This document shows positions 44,475 to 54,369 of a DNA stretch of 64,000 nucleotides, piece after piece. The notes beneath the pieces were generated by a model. It had not been told where the DNA came from, did not search any database, and saw nothing but the letters and a program-made list of their open reading frames with translations. The stretch lies in the IMG/VR virus record IMGVR_UViG_3300045988_161200; one strand, 5' to 3'. This DNA is from a virus. Position numbers and translations under genes: made by a program. Position 1 is the stretch's first letter. Each line of letters begins with the position of its first letter.

Positions 44475-45890
44475 TTGGAAAACAAAGTTATGAGATTTTC
44501 TACCGATATTAGATTATCGCCTTCTACTAATATTTGTAATGATGAGATAGCATTAGTTGATATTCTTTTATGTTATCACGGAGAAAATCGTAATGGGTCA
44601 CGAATGAGCAAAGAAACGATGAATAAGGCTATACCTACTTTATATGGTATTCCTATTATCGGAGAATATATTTATCTTGATGACGGTTCACAGGATTTTG
44701 GCTCTCACGGTGGCAAAATCACAATTTCAGACAAGGGTATAAAATTTGAATCCACCACTATTCCATATGGTTTTGTTACTAAGGAAGCAGTTGATAATGC
44801 TGAATGGGTAACTGTTACTGAAAAAGATGGGCATACTCAGCACGAATATCTTTCATTAAAAGGCTGTGCTGTATGGTATAAGCGTATGCCAGAAGTATCT
44901 TCTATTCTTGAAAAGAATTATGGTCAAAGTATGGAAATCAAAATAAATGATTACTCATATAACGACAACGGAATTATGGATATAACTGATTTTACGTTTA
45001 CGGGGGCGTGTATTCTTGGCTCTAATCCAAATGGTAAAGAAGTAGAACCCTGTTACGAAAGTGCTTGTATTGGCAGACATTATGAACTTGATGCTATTAA
45101 AAATGATATTAAGGAAATGATGAACGCTTACAATAAATTTCAAATTAAAAAGAAGGAGGAAAATTCAATGGATTTTTCTAAGGTTACTGAAGCACTTGCA
45201 CAGTACACTTTCAAAAATGTTGATGATACAGATATTGCTAAGTATGCACTTCTGACTGTTGGTGAAACATCTGTTGGTGTTCTTGACAGAGAAGATTATT
45301 GTACATATTCTATTGATTGCACAGAGGCAGATGGTGCTATTGTGTTCGATATGGATAGTAAGACAAAGTGTGCCATAAGTGTTAAGGATTATGTTGAGGG
45401 TGAGTCTTTTGACCTTGCAGGTGAAATTAAATCTGTAAAGGAAGTAACAAAGACAACTTATGAGGCTAAACTTTCTAAGTCTTATGCAACAGAATATAAT
45501 GCAAAGATTGATGAAATCACACAGGCTTATGCTGACCTCAAGGCTAATTTTGATACTATGTCTGCTGAACTTGAAAAGTATAAGAAGGCTGATACAGATC
45601 GTAAGACAGCGGAACACAAGGCAGAGATTGATTCTCTTATCGAAACTTATGCCAAGAAAATTGGCAGATTGCCCAAGTTCCTTTGCTATCGAGCAAAGCT
45701 TGATTATTCAAAGGAAACTGCCGATGTTGAAAGAGAACTTACTGTAATGGCTGGCGAAGCTATGATGGACAAGGGTACAGCAAACTTCAGCTACTCCCCT
45801 GTTGTTACTCCTGTTGGAAAGGTATCTGCTGAAAAGTATGCTGGTTCTGACAGATACGGAAATCTTCTCGATAAGTATATGAACGACTAA
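44475..45890 (+). CDS. putative scaffolding/head-maturation protein
   Basis: 471 aa between the portal and capsid genes. C-terminal coiled coil AELEKYKKADTDRKTAEHKAEIDSL. Confidence 0.5.
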   Translation: MENKVMRFSTDIRLSPSTNICNDEIALVDILLCYHGENRNGSRMSKETMNKAIPTLYGIPIIGEYIYLDDGSQDFGSHGGKITISDKGIKFESTTIPYGFVTKEAVDNAEWVTVTEKDGHTQHEYLSLKGCAVWYKRMPEVSSILEKNYGQSMEIKINDYSYNDNGIMDITDFTFTGACILGSNPNGKEVEPCYESACIGRHYELDAIKNDIKEMMNAYNKFQIKKKEENSMDFSKVTEALAQYTFKNVDDTDIAKYALLTVGETSVGVLDREDYCTYSIDCTEADGAIVFDMDSKTKCAISVKDYVEGESFDLAGEIKSVKEVTKTTYEAKLSKSYATEYNAKIDEITQAYADLKANFDTMSAELEKYKKADTDRKTAEHKAEIDSLIETYAKKIGRLPKFLCYRAKLDYSKETADVERELTVMAGEAMMDKGTANFSYSPVVTPVGKVSAEKYAGSDRYGNLLDKYMND

Positions 45891-45911
45891 TTAGAAAGGA
45901 AATGATTAATT

Positions 45912-46463
45912 ATGGCTAAATATGGCGTAGTTGAAACAACTAAGATCACTGAGCCTTGTTTTGATTTCAAGGCAACTGCTGATATTGAAAATGGCTCTAT
46001 TGTAAAGAAGGGCGACCTTGTAACAGGAGAAACACATATTTATACAGCTGGTGTTCCTGCTGTAACAGATGAGGTTTATCTTGTAGCTAACCCTGCTTGG
46101 AGTTATGATGATTGCTCTGTTATCAATCAGAACGAAGATGAATACATCAATGTAAAGGGTGTTCCTTTTAGAGGTTACGCTATGAAGAAGGACAACAAGT
46201 TTGCTGTTCTTGATTATTCTATTACTGTTGATGCAGGTTCTACACTGGCTGTTGGCGATTATATCGGTGCTGACGGCACGACCAATAAGCTTAAAGACAT
46301 TGGTACGTCTGAACCTACAATGAAGTCTCTTGGCTTTGTCGGTATTGTAAGAGAAATTAAGGAATATGGTTTTGCTTATTGCACAGGCGCAGCAGGTAAT
46401 GTTGGTGCTACTGGCAAGAAGGTTGTAATTGAAGTTCTCAAGAACGCAACCGTTGAAGCATAA
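45912..46463 (+). CDS. head-associated protein (decoration or scaffold-like)
   Basis: 183 aa directly upstream of the capsid gene. Confidence 0.45.
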   Translation: MAKYGVVETTKITEPCFDFKATADIENGSIVKKGDLVTGETHIYTAGVPAVTDEVYLVANPAWSYDDCSVINQNEDEYINVKGVPFRGYAMKKDNKFAVLDYSITVDAGSTLAVGDYIGADGTTNKLKDIGTSEPTMKSLGFVGIVREIKEYGFAYCTGAAGNVGATGKKVVIEVLKNATVEA

Positions 46464-46483
46464 TCAGAAAGGAGATAATAACT

Positions 46484-47503
46484 ATGGATAACAAACTTCA
46501 GACAATTTGCAACCTTATGAACGATGCTTGTTCTAATAGAGTTGCTGTATTTTCTAATGCTGATGCTGCTAAGTATGCTGATGAAGCAGTAAGAACCGCT
46601 TTCTTTGAAATTCTCGGTGAGGACAAGCTCACTTGGAGAGGTTGGAGAAATCATAAGAATGAGATTTTCACAATCATTGAAGATGTTCTTAACACTAATC
46701 TTCCTCTCGCTTGGGAAAATTCTACATTCTACAATCAGTTTGTGGAGACTAAGAACGCTGCTCTCGGTGATAAGAACTCCTTTATTGTAGAGGACAATTC
46801 TGTTCTCGTAGCTGCTTCTTTTGCAGGTAATCACTGGGACACTGACCGTCAGAAGCTTATGGGAAGAAAGGCTTTCTCTCTTGTTACTGAATGGATTTTC
46901 ATTCGTGTATATGATGATTTTGAGAGATTCCTTAAGGGCATCATTACACTTCCTGAACTCGTAGCTAAAATGCAGAAGGCTATGCAGAATGAGATTGATA
47001 GTAGAATTTACTCTGCTTTCAATGGTGCTGGCACATATCTTCCTGCTTCTTTCCAGAAGACAGGTTCTTATACAAAGGCTCAGATGTCTGACCTTATTCA
47101 GAGAGTACAGATTGCTACTCAGAAGAACGTAGTTCTTGCTGGTACAAAGACAGCTCTTGCAAACATTGTTTCAGGTGTTGATGCTAACTGGGTATCTGAA
47201 AGACAGAAGGAGGAACTTGCTACAACAGGTTCACTTGTTCAGCTTACAGGTCTTGGTGTCATGGCTGTTGAGATTCCTCAGACTTTTGTAAGAGGTACAT
47301 ATGATTTCAAGGTTGAAAACAACAAGATTTTTGTTCTTCCTGATAATGAGAAGTTTATTAAGGTATTCTATGAGGGCGATACTCGTGCAAGAGAGCTTAA
47401 TGAGCAGGATACTCACGATCAGACTATTGATACACAGGTACAGACCAAACTTGGTGTAGGTTGTGTATTCTCTAATGTATTTGGTACATACACAATTTCC
47501 TAA
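46484..47503 (+). CDS. major capsid protein (putative)
   Basis: 339 aa, strong AGGAGA RBS, by position in the head module. Confidence 0.6.
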   Translation: MDNKLQTICNLMNDACSNRVAVFSNADAAKYADEAVRTAFFEILGEDKLTWRGWRNHKNEIFTIIEDVLNTNLPLAWENSTFYNQFVETKNAALGDKNSFIVEDNSVLVAASFAGNHWDTDRQKLMGRKAFSLVTEWIFIRVYDDFERFLKGIITLPELVAKMQKAMQNEIDSRIYSAFNGAGTYLPASFQKTGSYTKAQMSDLIQRVQIATQKNVVLAGTKTALANIVSGVDANWVSERQKEELATTGSLVQLTGLGVMAVEIPQTFVRGTYDFKVENNKIFVLPDNEKFIKVFYEGDTRARELNEQDTHDQTIDTQVQTKLGVGCVFSNVFGTYTIS

Positions 47504-47588
47504 TTGATTTAGGATAAATATAAGTGAGGCAGATGGGTTTATCCTGTCTGCCTTGCTAATTTATTTTGAAAGGTGATAAATAGCTAAT

Positions 47589-48314
47589 ATGAATTTTGAA
47601 AAGATGTCTTTTGATGAGCTTAAAAATATTGCAAAGGAAAAGGGCATTGTTGTTGGAAACATAGGTAAGGATAAACTTATCTCGAAACTTAAATCTGCTG
47701 AAGCAACAACAAGTGTGCTTGCAGAAGATGACGATTTAGTAGCAGATGTAGAAGTTGAAACAAATGAACCTGTAAAAGTAAAGTCACAGGACACTCTTTC
47801 TTCTATCATTGATGCTATTGATGAGGAAACAGACGAAGGTACTTATGAGAGAACAGCAGAGGAACTCCCCTCTGATACAGTAATTCGTGTACGTTCAATT
47901 ACATACGGTACACTTATTTACAATTCTTCTATTAACAACGCTTCGTTTATCTGGAATGAGATTGGTGCGGTAAACGATATGACTATCGGCGAGATTACGG
48001 CTATGAATAATTCCCACCCTGATTTTCTCCACAAGCCCTATGTAATTCTTCTTGATGAAAGAGCTATCAGACAGTTTAGACTTTCATCTGTATATGAGAA
48101 TGTGGCTAAGATTAGTAATCTTAAAACACTCTTTAACTCTGATATTTACACCATTGAAAAGACCATAGATGAAGCACTTATGGTTAATATGCGTGATATG
48201 CTTATTTCTAAGATAACCACTATGTATAAGAATGGTTCTCTTAAAGACATAAATATTATCAGGCTTCTTGAACAGAAACTCCAGTACGATATTCTTACGA
48301 TAGACAAGAATTAA
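47589..48314 (+). CDS. hypothetical protein with Rho-N/SAP-like N-terminus
   Basis: MSFDELKNIAKEKGIVVGNIGKDKLISKLK. Confidence 0.6.
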   Translation: MNFEKMSFDELKNIAKEKGIVVGNIGKDKLISKLKSAEATTSVLAEDDDLVADVEVETNEPVKVKSQDTLSSIIDAIDEETDEGTYERTAEELPSDTVIRVRSITYGTLIYNSSINNASFIWNEIGAVNDMTIGEITAMNNSHPDFLHKPYVILLDERAIRQFRLSSVYENVAKISNLKTLFNSDIYTIEKTIDEALMVNMRDMLISKITTMYKNGSLKDINIIRLLEQKLQYDILTIDKN

Positions 48315-48328
48315 TGAGGTGAGATACT

Positions 48329-48883
48329 ATGGCTACACGATATAAAGAGTTATATAATTCTGTCTATTCCAAAATAAAAGATTATGATTTTATCAATATG
48401 ACTGAGGAAGATGCTGACGATATTTTACACGATTATATTCGTCCTGCCATAGTTTTATTTGAATGTTGTAAGCAAGATTTATCTGATAGAAATGAAGAAA
48501 ATTCTGAATTTAATATAGATTTAACTGATGTGAATTTTGAAATTCTGTCAAATTTTATGGTTATAAAATATCTTGAAGCAACGTACATAAACACACCTAT
48601 GGCACTCAAGGCATATCTGAGTACAAGTGATTTTCATAAGTATGACAACAAAGACGTTCTTGGCAAGGTAGTTGAAGTTAGGGATAAATATTATGATGAT
48701 AACAAGCAGTTAATGATAAATTATTCTCTGCGTGGCGAGTCCGAATTTTCAAAACTTTACAAAGAAAAAGGTTCTTATAATGTAAATAAGAAACAAAAGA
48801 ATAACTCTGACTGTGTTTGCACTACGTTTATACCGTCTCATTGTGATTATCATTGTGCTGATTGTGGGGTGCGTCGAGGTTGA
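48329..48883 (+). CDS. putative head-tail connector protein
   Basis: 184 aa, assigned by position only. Confidence 0.45.
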   Translation: MATRYKELYNSVYSKIKDYDFINMTEEDADDILHDYIRPAIVLFECCKQDLSDRNEENSEFNIDLTDVNFEILSNFMVIKYLEATYINTPMALKAYLSTSDFHKYDNKDVLGKVVEVRDKYYDDNKQLMINYSLRGESEFSKLYKEKGSYNVNKKQKNNSDCVCTTFIPSHCDYHCADCGVRRG

Positions 48884-48894
48884 GTTATGTACAT

Positions 48895-49872
48895 ATGCAA
48901 TCAAGAATGAAACTTGATGGTAGTTCAATACGTCAGTCAAAAATAAACGATGCTAAAAGGTTAACGGAAAACCAATTTGAAACTGACCCGTCTTATAACG
49001 AATATTTTGTTGTTTGGGAATATGGCGTTGATACTGATAATTTTGTCGAGCAACCGATAAAACTTTATAATCGAAAGTATTCATCTGCGAATGGATATAC
49101 CGTTCAGTTTGAAACGCTTATTGATAGAACCATACCTATTGGGACAGTCTTATATGATACTGATGAACAAATCTATTATCTTTGTACTGAATCTTTTAAT
49201 AAAGATAAAATTTTAAATAACGGTAAACTTACTCGTTGTAATAATTTCTTAAAGTGGCAAGATGATAGTGGAAAAGTATTTGAATATCCTGTATTTGACA
49301 TCAACAGTACACAATATAATTCTGGTGTACAGGGTGATAAGGTTATGACTTTAGGCAGTACACAACATATGCTTACTATCACTGCTGATGAAAACACGAT
49401 TGCTTTAGAACACGATAAACGTTTCTTTAATGACAGGAACACTAAGCACCCTACGGTATTTAAGCTTACACAGAATGATACTACCGCTTTGAATTATGAC
49501 AAAGGTTTATTACATCTTACTATAACGGAAGACGAATATAATCCTGATACAGATTCAATCGAAAATTGGCTTTGTGATTATTTTAAACCTAAAGCAAGTC
49601 AGCCCATTGAAATTACATATACAGGTAATCCTATAATTCGTGTAGGTGGGTCTGCTAAAACATTTACCGCTAATACTGCTGAAAATGTTACTTGGGAACT
49701 TATAACAACAGATATACAGAATAAATATATCACAATGACTACAACTGATAACAAGTGCAAAATTAAGTGTTTTAATAATGAGTTGCTTATAGGTTCAAGT
49801 ATTAAATTGAAGTGTACTGATGTAAATGGTAATATCGGCGAATTGCTTATTAATATAGTAGGAGGTGTGTAA
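48895..49872 (+). CDS. hypothetical structural protein
   Basis: ORF track, with the start moved to the first ATG after the upstream stop. Confidence 0.55.
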   Translation: MQSRMKLDGSSIRQSKINDAKRLTENQFETDPSYNEYFVVWEYGVDTDNFVEQPIKLYNRKYSSANGYTVQFETLIDRTIPIGTVLYDTDEQIYYLCTESFNKDKILNNGKLTRCNNFLKWQDDSGKVFEYPVFDINSTQYNSGVQGDKVMTLGSTQHMLTITADENTIALEHDKRFFNDRNTKHPTVFKLTQNDTTALNYDKGLLHLTITEDEYNPDTDSIENWLCDYFKPKASQPIEITYTGNPIIRVGGSAKTFTANTAENVTWELITTDIQNKYITMTTTDNKCKIKCFNNELLIGSSIKLKCTDVNGNIGELLINIVGGV

Positions 49873-49874
49873 AA

Positions 49875-50354
49875 TTGAATAGTTCTTGTTTGCGTCAATG
49901 GAAGAATCGTATTCTTTCAGAACTCCAAAATGATGAAACTTTTCTTGAAGTCCTTGGAACTACTGAGGAAGAACGAGAGGATTTAGTCTATCATAGACTG
50001 TTCCCTCATTATTACATACCTGATACTATTGACAAGGTTACTACATATGTTTGTGTTGAAATAGATATTCGCACTCATACTTGGAGTAAATTATATGCCT
50101 ACCCTACTATAACCTTTACAATTCTTGCACATCAAGATGATATGAAATTGAATATGGCTGGTATATCAGCTACAAGAATTGATTATCTTTCCGAGTTAAT
50201 TGATACTAAGTACAATGGAGCGTTGAATTTTGGTGTTGGTAAGCTTGAACTTGAAACTAATATCGCAGGCAATCTGAATACTAAATACAGATACCGTCAG
50301 TTAGTATTTAAGGGCGTAGATATTAATGATAATTTGTGTGATAGGAATAATTGA
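49875..50354 (+). CDS. hypothetical structural protein
   Basis: AGGAGGTG lies 7 nt upstream of the TTG start. Confidence 0.6.
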   Translation: MNSSCLRQWKNRILSELQNDETFLEVLGTTEEEREDLVYHRLFPHYYIPDTIDKVTTYVCVEIDIRTHTWSKLYAYPTITFTILAHQDDMKLNMAGISATRIDYLSELIDTKYNGALNFGVGKLELETNIAGNLNTKYRYRQLVFKGVDINDNLCDRNN

Positions 50355-51109
50355 ATATGATTTATGTGGTTGATGAACTTAAACTATATAATGGATTGCC
50401 TATCCAAATTACAGATAAAATCCTTATGAAAGTGCCGACTCTCGGTCAAATTTGTGAATTTGGGGATAATAATTATTTTAGTTTTGTACAAACATTTACA
50501 GCTACTCCTATGGACGAAAATATGATAGTATTTCTCACTGATATAGGGATTGATTTTAACAATATATCGAATTTTGAATTGTTTATGTTATTGACACGAA
50601 TTATGCCTAAAGGCTCAGAACTATTGTTTGATAATATAGATTTTTTTAAATTTGAACCCAAAACAACAGACGATGAGATTCCATATTTGGAAAATTCAGA
50701 TGGAGTGATTATTAACGAGGGTATTTATAATTTAATGCTTGCAAATATGAGAGCAATTAATAATGTTCCGATACCTAAAATTACAAAGGTAAAAGATGAC
50801 CCGGTACAGAAACAAATGGCGATAGAAGATGCAAGAAATCAATTAGAATCAAGAAAAAGAAAAGCAATGTTTAAACCCTCTGGGTCTGCTTTAATGCCCA
50901 TTGTGTCTTCTATGGTAAATAGTGCAGGCTTTAAACATAATGAAAAGACTGTTTTTGATATGAATATTTATGCTTTTTGGGATTCTGTCAACAGGATTTC
51001 AGCTATTAAGAATGCAGACAATCTTTATCGAGGATTGTATAGTGGTTGTTTGGATTTAAAGAGTAATCCCTCATTAAAAAAGGAAATGGATTGGATGAGA
51101 AAGCTTTAA
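50351..51109 (+). CDS. hypothetical structural protein
   Basis: 252 aa with a 4-nt overlap. Confidence 0.6.
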   Translation: MNMIYVVDELKLYNGLPIQITDKILMKVPTLGQICEFGDNNYFSFVQTFTATPMDENMIVFLTDIGIDFNNISNFELFMLLTRIMPKGSELLFDNIDFFKFEPKTTDDEIPYLENSDGVIINEGIYNLMLANMRAINNVPIPKITKVKDDPVQKQMAIEDARNQLESRKRKAMFKPSGSALMPIVSSMVNSAGFKHNEKTVFDMNIYAFWDSVNRISAIKNADNLYRGLYSGCLDLKSNPSLKKEMDWMRKL

Positions 51110-51166
51110 TTCTCGTCCTTTTCTTTTTTATAAAATTATTTAAATAAATGAAAGGAAGAAAAAGAT

Positions 51167-51997
51167 ATGGCTATTAATTTTGATATTAATGCTTTTGTCA
51201 TTGAAAGACCTACCAAGGCTATCTTTATGAACTCTGACGACACAACTGCTTGGTACACAAATCAGGTTCAGGATTTTAGCGTTAAGGTAGATGGTGAGGA
51301 ACAGACAAAGCAGGATGCGGCTGGTAACACAATCGCAACCGTTACAAAGGGTAAGACTTGCACAGCTTCTTTTAATGTTGCTGTTTATGACTTTAATATT
51401 CTTGCAGCTCGTAACGGAACTGAAAAGGAAATTGCAACAACAACTTCAAAGATTACAACTCCTGCTTTTGAAGAGGTTACAATTACAACTTCAAATAAGG
51501 AATCCATTGTCCTCAAGTATCCTGTTAAAGCAGTTGGAACTAAGTATAGTGTAAGCGTAACAATTCTCACCAAGGATGGTTCTCCTAAGAGAATTTTCAA
51601 GCAGGGTTCTGCAACTTCTGCTGGTGTATTTACATATACTTCCGCAAGTAGAACTGTTGCTTTTGCATCTGGTGATCTTTCCGAGGGAGATCAGGTTCTT
51701 ATTGTTTATGAGTATGATGCTACTCAGGCAGTAAGAGTTGTTGCTTCGGGTGATAAATTCCCCACTGCTGGTAAGCTTTATGTACAGGTAGCAGGTTTTG
51801 ATATTTGTGACCAGAACACAAGAGTTTACGCTTATTATAGATTCCCCACAGCAAAGCTTACATCTTCTTATGAAACTAATATTGACCTCGAGGCAACACT
51901 TCCTATGGAATTTAACTGTGCTGTTGATTATTGTGGCACAGATAAGAAGTTCTATGATGTTGTTGTGCCTTCTGCTACCCCTACTGCGGAAGAGTAA
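51167..51997 (+). CDS. putative major tail protein
   Basis: 276 aa, AAAGGAAG RBS, by position upstream of the chaperone and tape-measure region. Confidence 0.5.
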   Translation: MAINFDINAFVIERPTKAIFMNSDDTTAWYTNQVQDFSVKVDGEEQTKQDAAGNTIATVTKGKTCTASFNVAVYDFNILAARNGTEKEIATTTSKITTPAFEEVTITTSNKESIVLKYPVKAVGTKYSVSVTILTKDGSPKRIFKQGSATSAGVFTYTSASRTVAFASGDLSEGDQVLIVYEYDATQAVRVVASGDKFPTAGKLYVQVAGFDICDQNTRVYAYYRFPTAKLTSSYETNIDLEATLPMEFNCAVDYCGTDKKFYDVVVPSATPTAEE

Positions 51998-52027
51998 TTT
52001 TAGAAGTTAGAAGTAAGAGGTATTGAA

Positions 52028-52345
52028 ATGTACGTACCTAACCAGAGACATTGTTGGATTTGTGGTACAGAATATAAATACTGCGAAAAGTGTGACCCCT
52101 TACATTCTTGGAAAACTATGGCTTGTTCAAGGCTTCATTACCAAATTGTAATGATAATTGATGAATGGAGAAACAGAGTAATTTCTGCGAAAGAAGCTAC
52201 CGAAAAGTTCAAGAATGTTGGGATTACACTTGACAGTGATTTTTCAGAATATCTTCCTGAAGTGGCAGAACTTATTAAGAAAATCATTTCAGAAGGAACA
52301 GTGACTGCACCATTAGTCAAGTCCAAAGATAAAAACGCTAAGTAA
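52028..52345 (+). CDS. small zinc-binding protein
   Basis: CWICG...CEKCD. Confidence 0.55.
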   Translation: MYVPNQRHCWICGTEYKYCEKCDPLHSWKTMACSRLHYQIVMIIDEWRNRVISAKEATEKFKNVGITLDSDFSEYLPEVAELIKKIISEGTVTAPLVKSKDKNAK

Positions 52346-52367
52346 AATTGATATTAAAGTGACTATA

Positions 52368-52421
52368 GGGAGATGACCATAAATACGGCAACCGCCAAAT
52401 GTGGTTGTCTCCCTATTTTTT
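52368..52421 (+). terminator. terminator-like compound hairpin
   Basis: GGGAGA...CAACC-GCCAAATGT-GGTTG-TCTCCC followed by TATTTTTT. Confidence 0.5.
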
Positions 52422-52445
52422 ACGTTATATGGGAAGTGAGCAATA

Positions 52446-52919
52446 ATTAAGTTTATAGCAATAGACCAAGCAAGTGCCGTTAGTGGACTTGCTATTTTTG
52501 AGGATAATGAGCTTGTACAATATAACATTATAGAATTAAAGAAAATTAAAGATACAAATGAAAGAATACACGAAATGATAAAACAGTTACATAATCAGAT
52601 AGTTGAAAATGATGTAGATTATGTTGTTTTTGAAGATGTAAGTCTCCAAACAAATGTATCGACTTTAATACTATTGGCTCAGATACAGGGTGCTATTATA
52701 AACACTTGCGTAATGAATAATATTTGTTATAGCGTGTACAAGCCTACATTTTGGAGGAGCAAGCTTTCTTTTAAGCAATCCCGAAATGTGAAACGTGCTG
52801 AATTGAAACAGCAGGCAAAAGATTATGTTTTAAACAAGTACAATCTTAAACTCAAAGAAGATATTTGCGATGCCATTTGTATTGGTGAAGCTTTTATTAA
52901 AGAAAATTCAAACAACTAA
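52446..52919 (+). CDS. RuvC-like Holliday-junction resolvase with probable AUU start
   Basis: KFIAIDQASAVSGLAIF...DYVVFEDV...DICDAICIG. The frame opens after the TGA at 52437 and has no ATG, GTG or TTG before 52575. GGAAGTGAG is followed by ATA-ATT. Confidence 0.65.
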   Translation: MKFIAIDQASAVSGLAIFEDNELVQYNIIELKKIKDTNERIHEMIKQLHNQIVENDVDYVVFEDVSLQTNVSTLILLAQIQGAIINTCVMNNICYSVYKPTFWRSKLSFKQSRNVKRAELKQQAKDYVLNKYNLKLKEDICDAICIGEAFIKENSNN

Positions 52920-52935
52920 AAGGAGAAAAAATATT

Positions 52936-53535
52936 ATGACAACAGATATGATTACACTTACATTTGCAGAGATGCAGGCGTTTATTAATTATGTAGTAGA
53001 TAATACTCTTATTTATGGTATGGGATATAAGGAAGTTCTCATTCAGTATTGTACAGCAAAGTTCTATGGTAAGATAGAATTTGAGTCTGATGACATTGCA
53101 GAGATTTATGATAATGAATACGAAAAACTTTATAGTGGTGAGTTATCACTCAACGTAAGACAGTCGAATATGATTATTTCTGCTATTAATAATGAACTTG
53201 ACCGCAGAATTAAGCTTCTTTCAGCAAGTATGGTTATGGTAGATGCTAATGATGCTATTGTAAATCTTGCTACTAAGCTTTCTAATTTTGTAGATGCTCT
53301 TGGCAATAAAAATAATAAAAATATAAACATAGATTCTGATAAGGTAAATGCAATGGTTGATACTATGGGTAAGATTAAGGATAATGTAACAGCTGATAAT
53401 CTTATTAAGGCTATGGTAGATAATGGTGTTATTAAGGGTAAGAAGAAGACTACAAGAAAGCCTAAGACAGTCACAGAGGTAGCCGAGAAAGAAGCAACAG
53501 CAAAGAACATTACTGTAAGCAAGGGTGGTAAGTAA
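52936..53535 (+). CDS. hypothetical tail-module protein
   Basis: AAAGGAGAAAAAATATT-ATG. Confidence 0.6.
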   Translation: MTTDMITLTFAEMQAFINYVVDNTLIYGMGYKEVLIQYCTAKFYGKIEFESDDIAEIYDNEYEKLYSGELSLNVRQSNMIISAINNELDRRIKLLSASMVMVDANDAIVNLATKLSNFVDALGNKNNKNINIDSDKVNAMVDTMGKIKDNVTADNLIKAMVDNGVIKGKKKTTRKPKTVTEVAEKEATAKNITVSKGGK

Positions 53536-53536
53536 T

Positions 53537-53851
53537 ATGGAAATAAGAGAAAACACTGGTCTTGTAGAAAAGACTTTTACAGCAACTACTTATTTCTCAA
53601 CCAGACATATTAAGAACTTTGTGGCGATGACCGCACACTTTAAATCAAATCCGTATTTTGTTGTGAATTTTAATGGTTCTGAAAGAGTAGTAAATGCTAA
53701 ATCTATACTTGGACTTCTTAGTGTACAGATATATGAAGGCGATGTAGTTAAAGTCGTTATTTATGTAGAAAATAAAGAAGATGAAGATATAGCAAATAAG
53801 GAAATAGACAAGATACTTGATTTTGTATCGGTGATGTCTAATGAATCTTAA
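53537..53851 (+). CDS. HPr-like (PTS phosphocarrier fold) protein
   Basis: KTFTATTYFSTRHIKNFV...NFNGSERVVNAKSILGLLSVQIYEGDVVKVVIY...EDEDIANKEIDKIL aligns by eye with HPr (KTF..[22 protein letters not shown]). Confidence 0.6.
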   Translation: MEIRENTGLVEKTFTATTYFSTRHIKNFVAMTAHFKSNPYFVVNFNGSERVVNAKSILGLLSVQIYEGDVVKVVIYVENKEDEDIANKEIDKILDFVSVMSNES

Positions 53852-54344
53852 AAATCAATTAAAAAAAATAGATGTGACAACGTTGAAATTCAAAAATGGT
53901 AAGACTTATAGTCAGGTTATGGTTGAAGAAGCTAATCGACTTAGGGACTGTATTCAGGCAAGACTGGACGAGTATATGAATAGCTATCAGCCTAAGATAT
54001 ATAAACGTACAGGAGCTTTGCAGAACTCATTAAAAGTCGATGATATTTTAAATCTTAAAGTAACTGGGAAAACTATGAGTCTTGACATTTATTTTGATGA
54101 CAGTGGATATCATCAGTCGGGTGATGGCGTCCAAGGTTGGGACGGCAACGGTGAAACGGTAAATACTGCTTATCTGCTTAACTATGGCTATGAGGTAAAA
54201 GAGGACGTATGGTTTAAGGATATCCCCTACTTTGGCTATCGTCCTGCTGGTCACTTCATAGAAGACGGTATAGCAGATTTTGAAATGAGCAATCCTTATG
54301 GAATAAAGATAAAAGTACATAAGCCTAATGGATATAAAGTATAA
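53841..54344 (+). CDS. hypothetical tail-module protein
   Basis: 167-aa ORF. Confidence 0.6.
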   Translation: MNLKNQLKKIDVTTLKFKNGKTYSQVMVEEANRLRDCIQARLDEYMNSYQPKIYKRTGALQNSLKVDDILNLKVTGKTMSLDIYFDDSGYHQSGDGVQGWDGNGETVNTAYLLNYGYEVKEDVWFKDIPYFGYRPAGHFIEDGIADFEMSNPYGIKIKVHKPNGYKV

Positions 54345-54369
54345 AAAATAGTATAAAGGATGTGATTTA

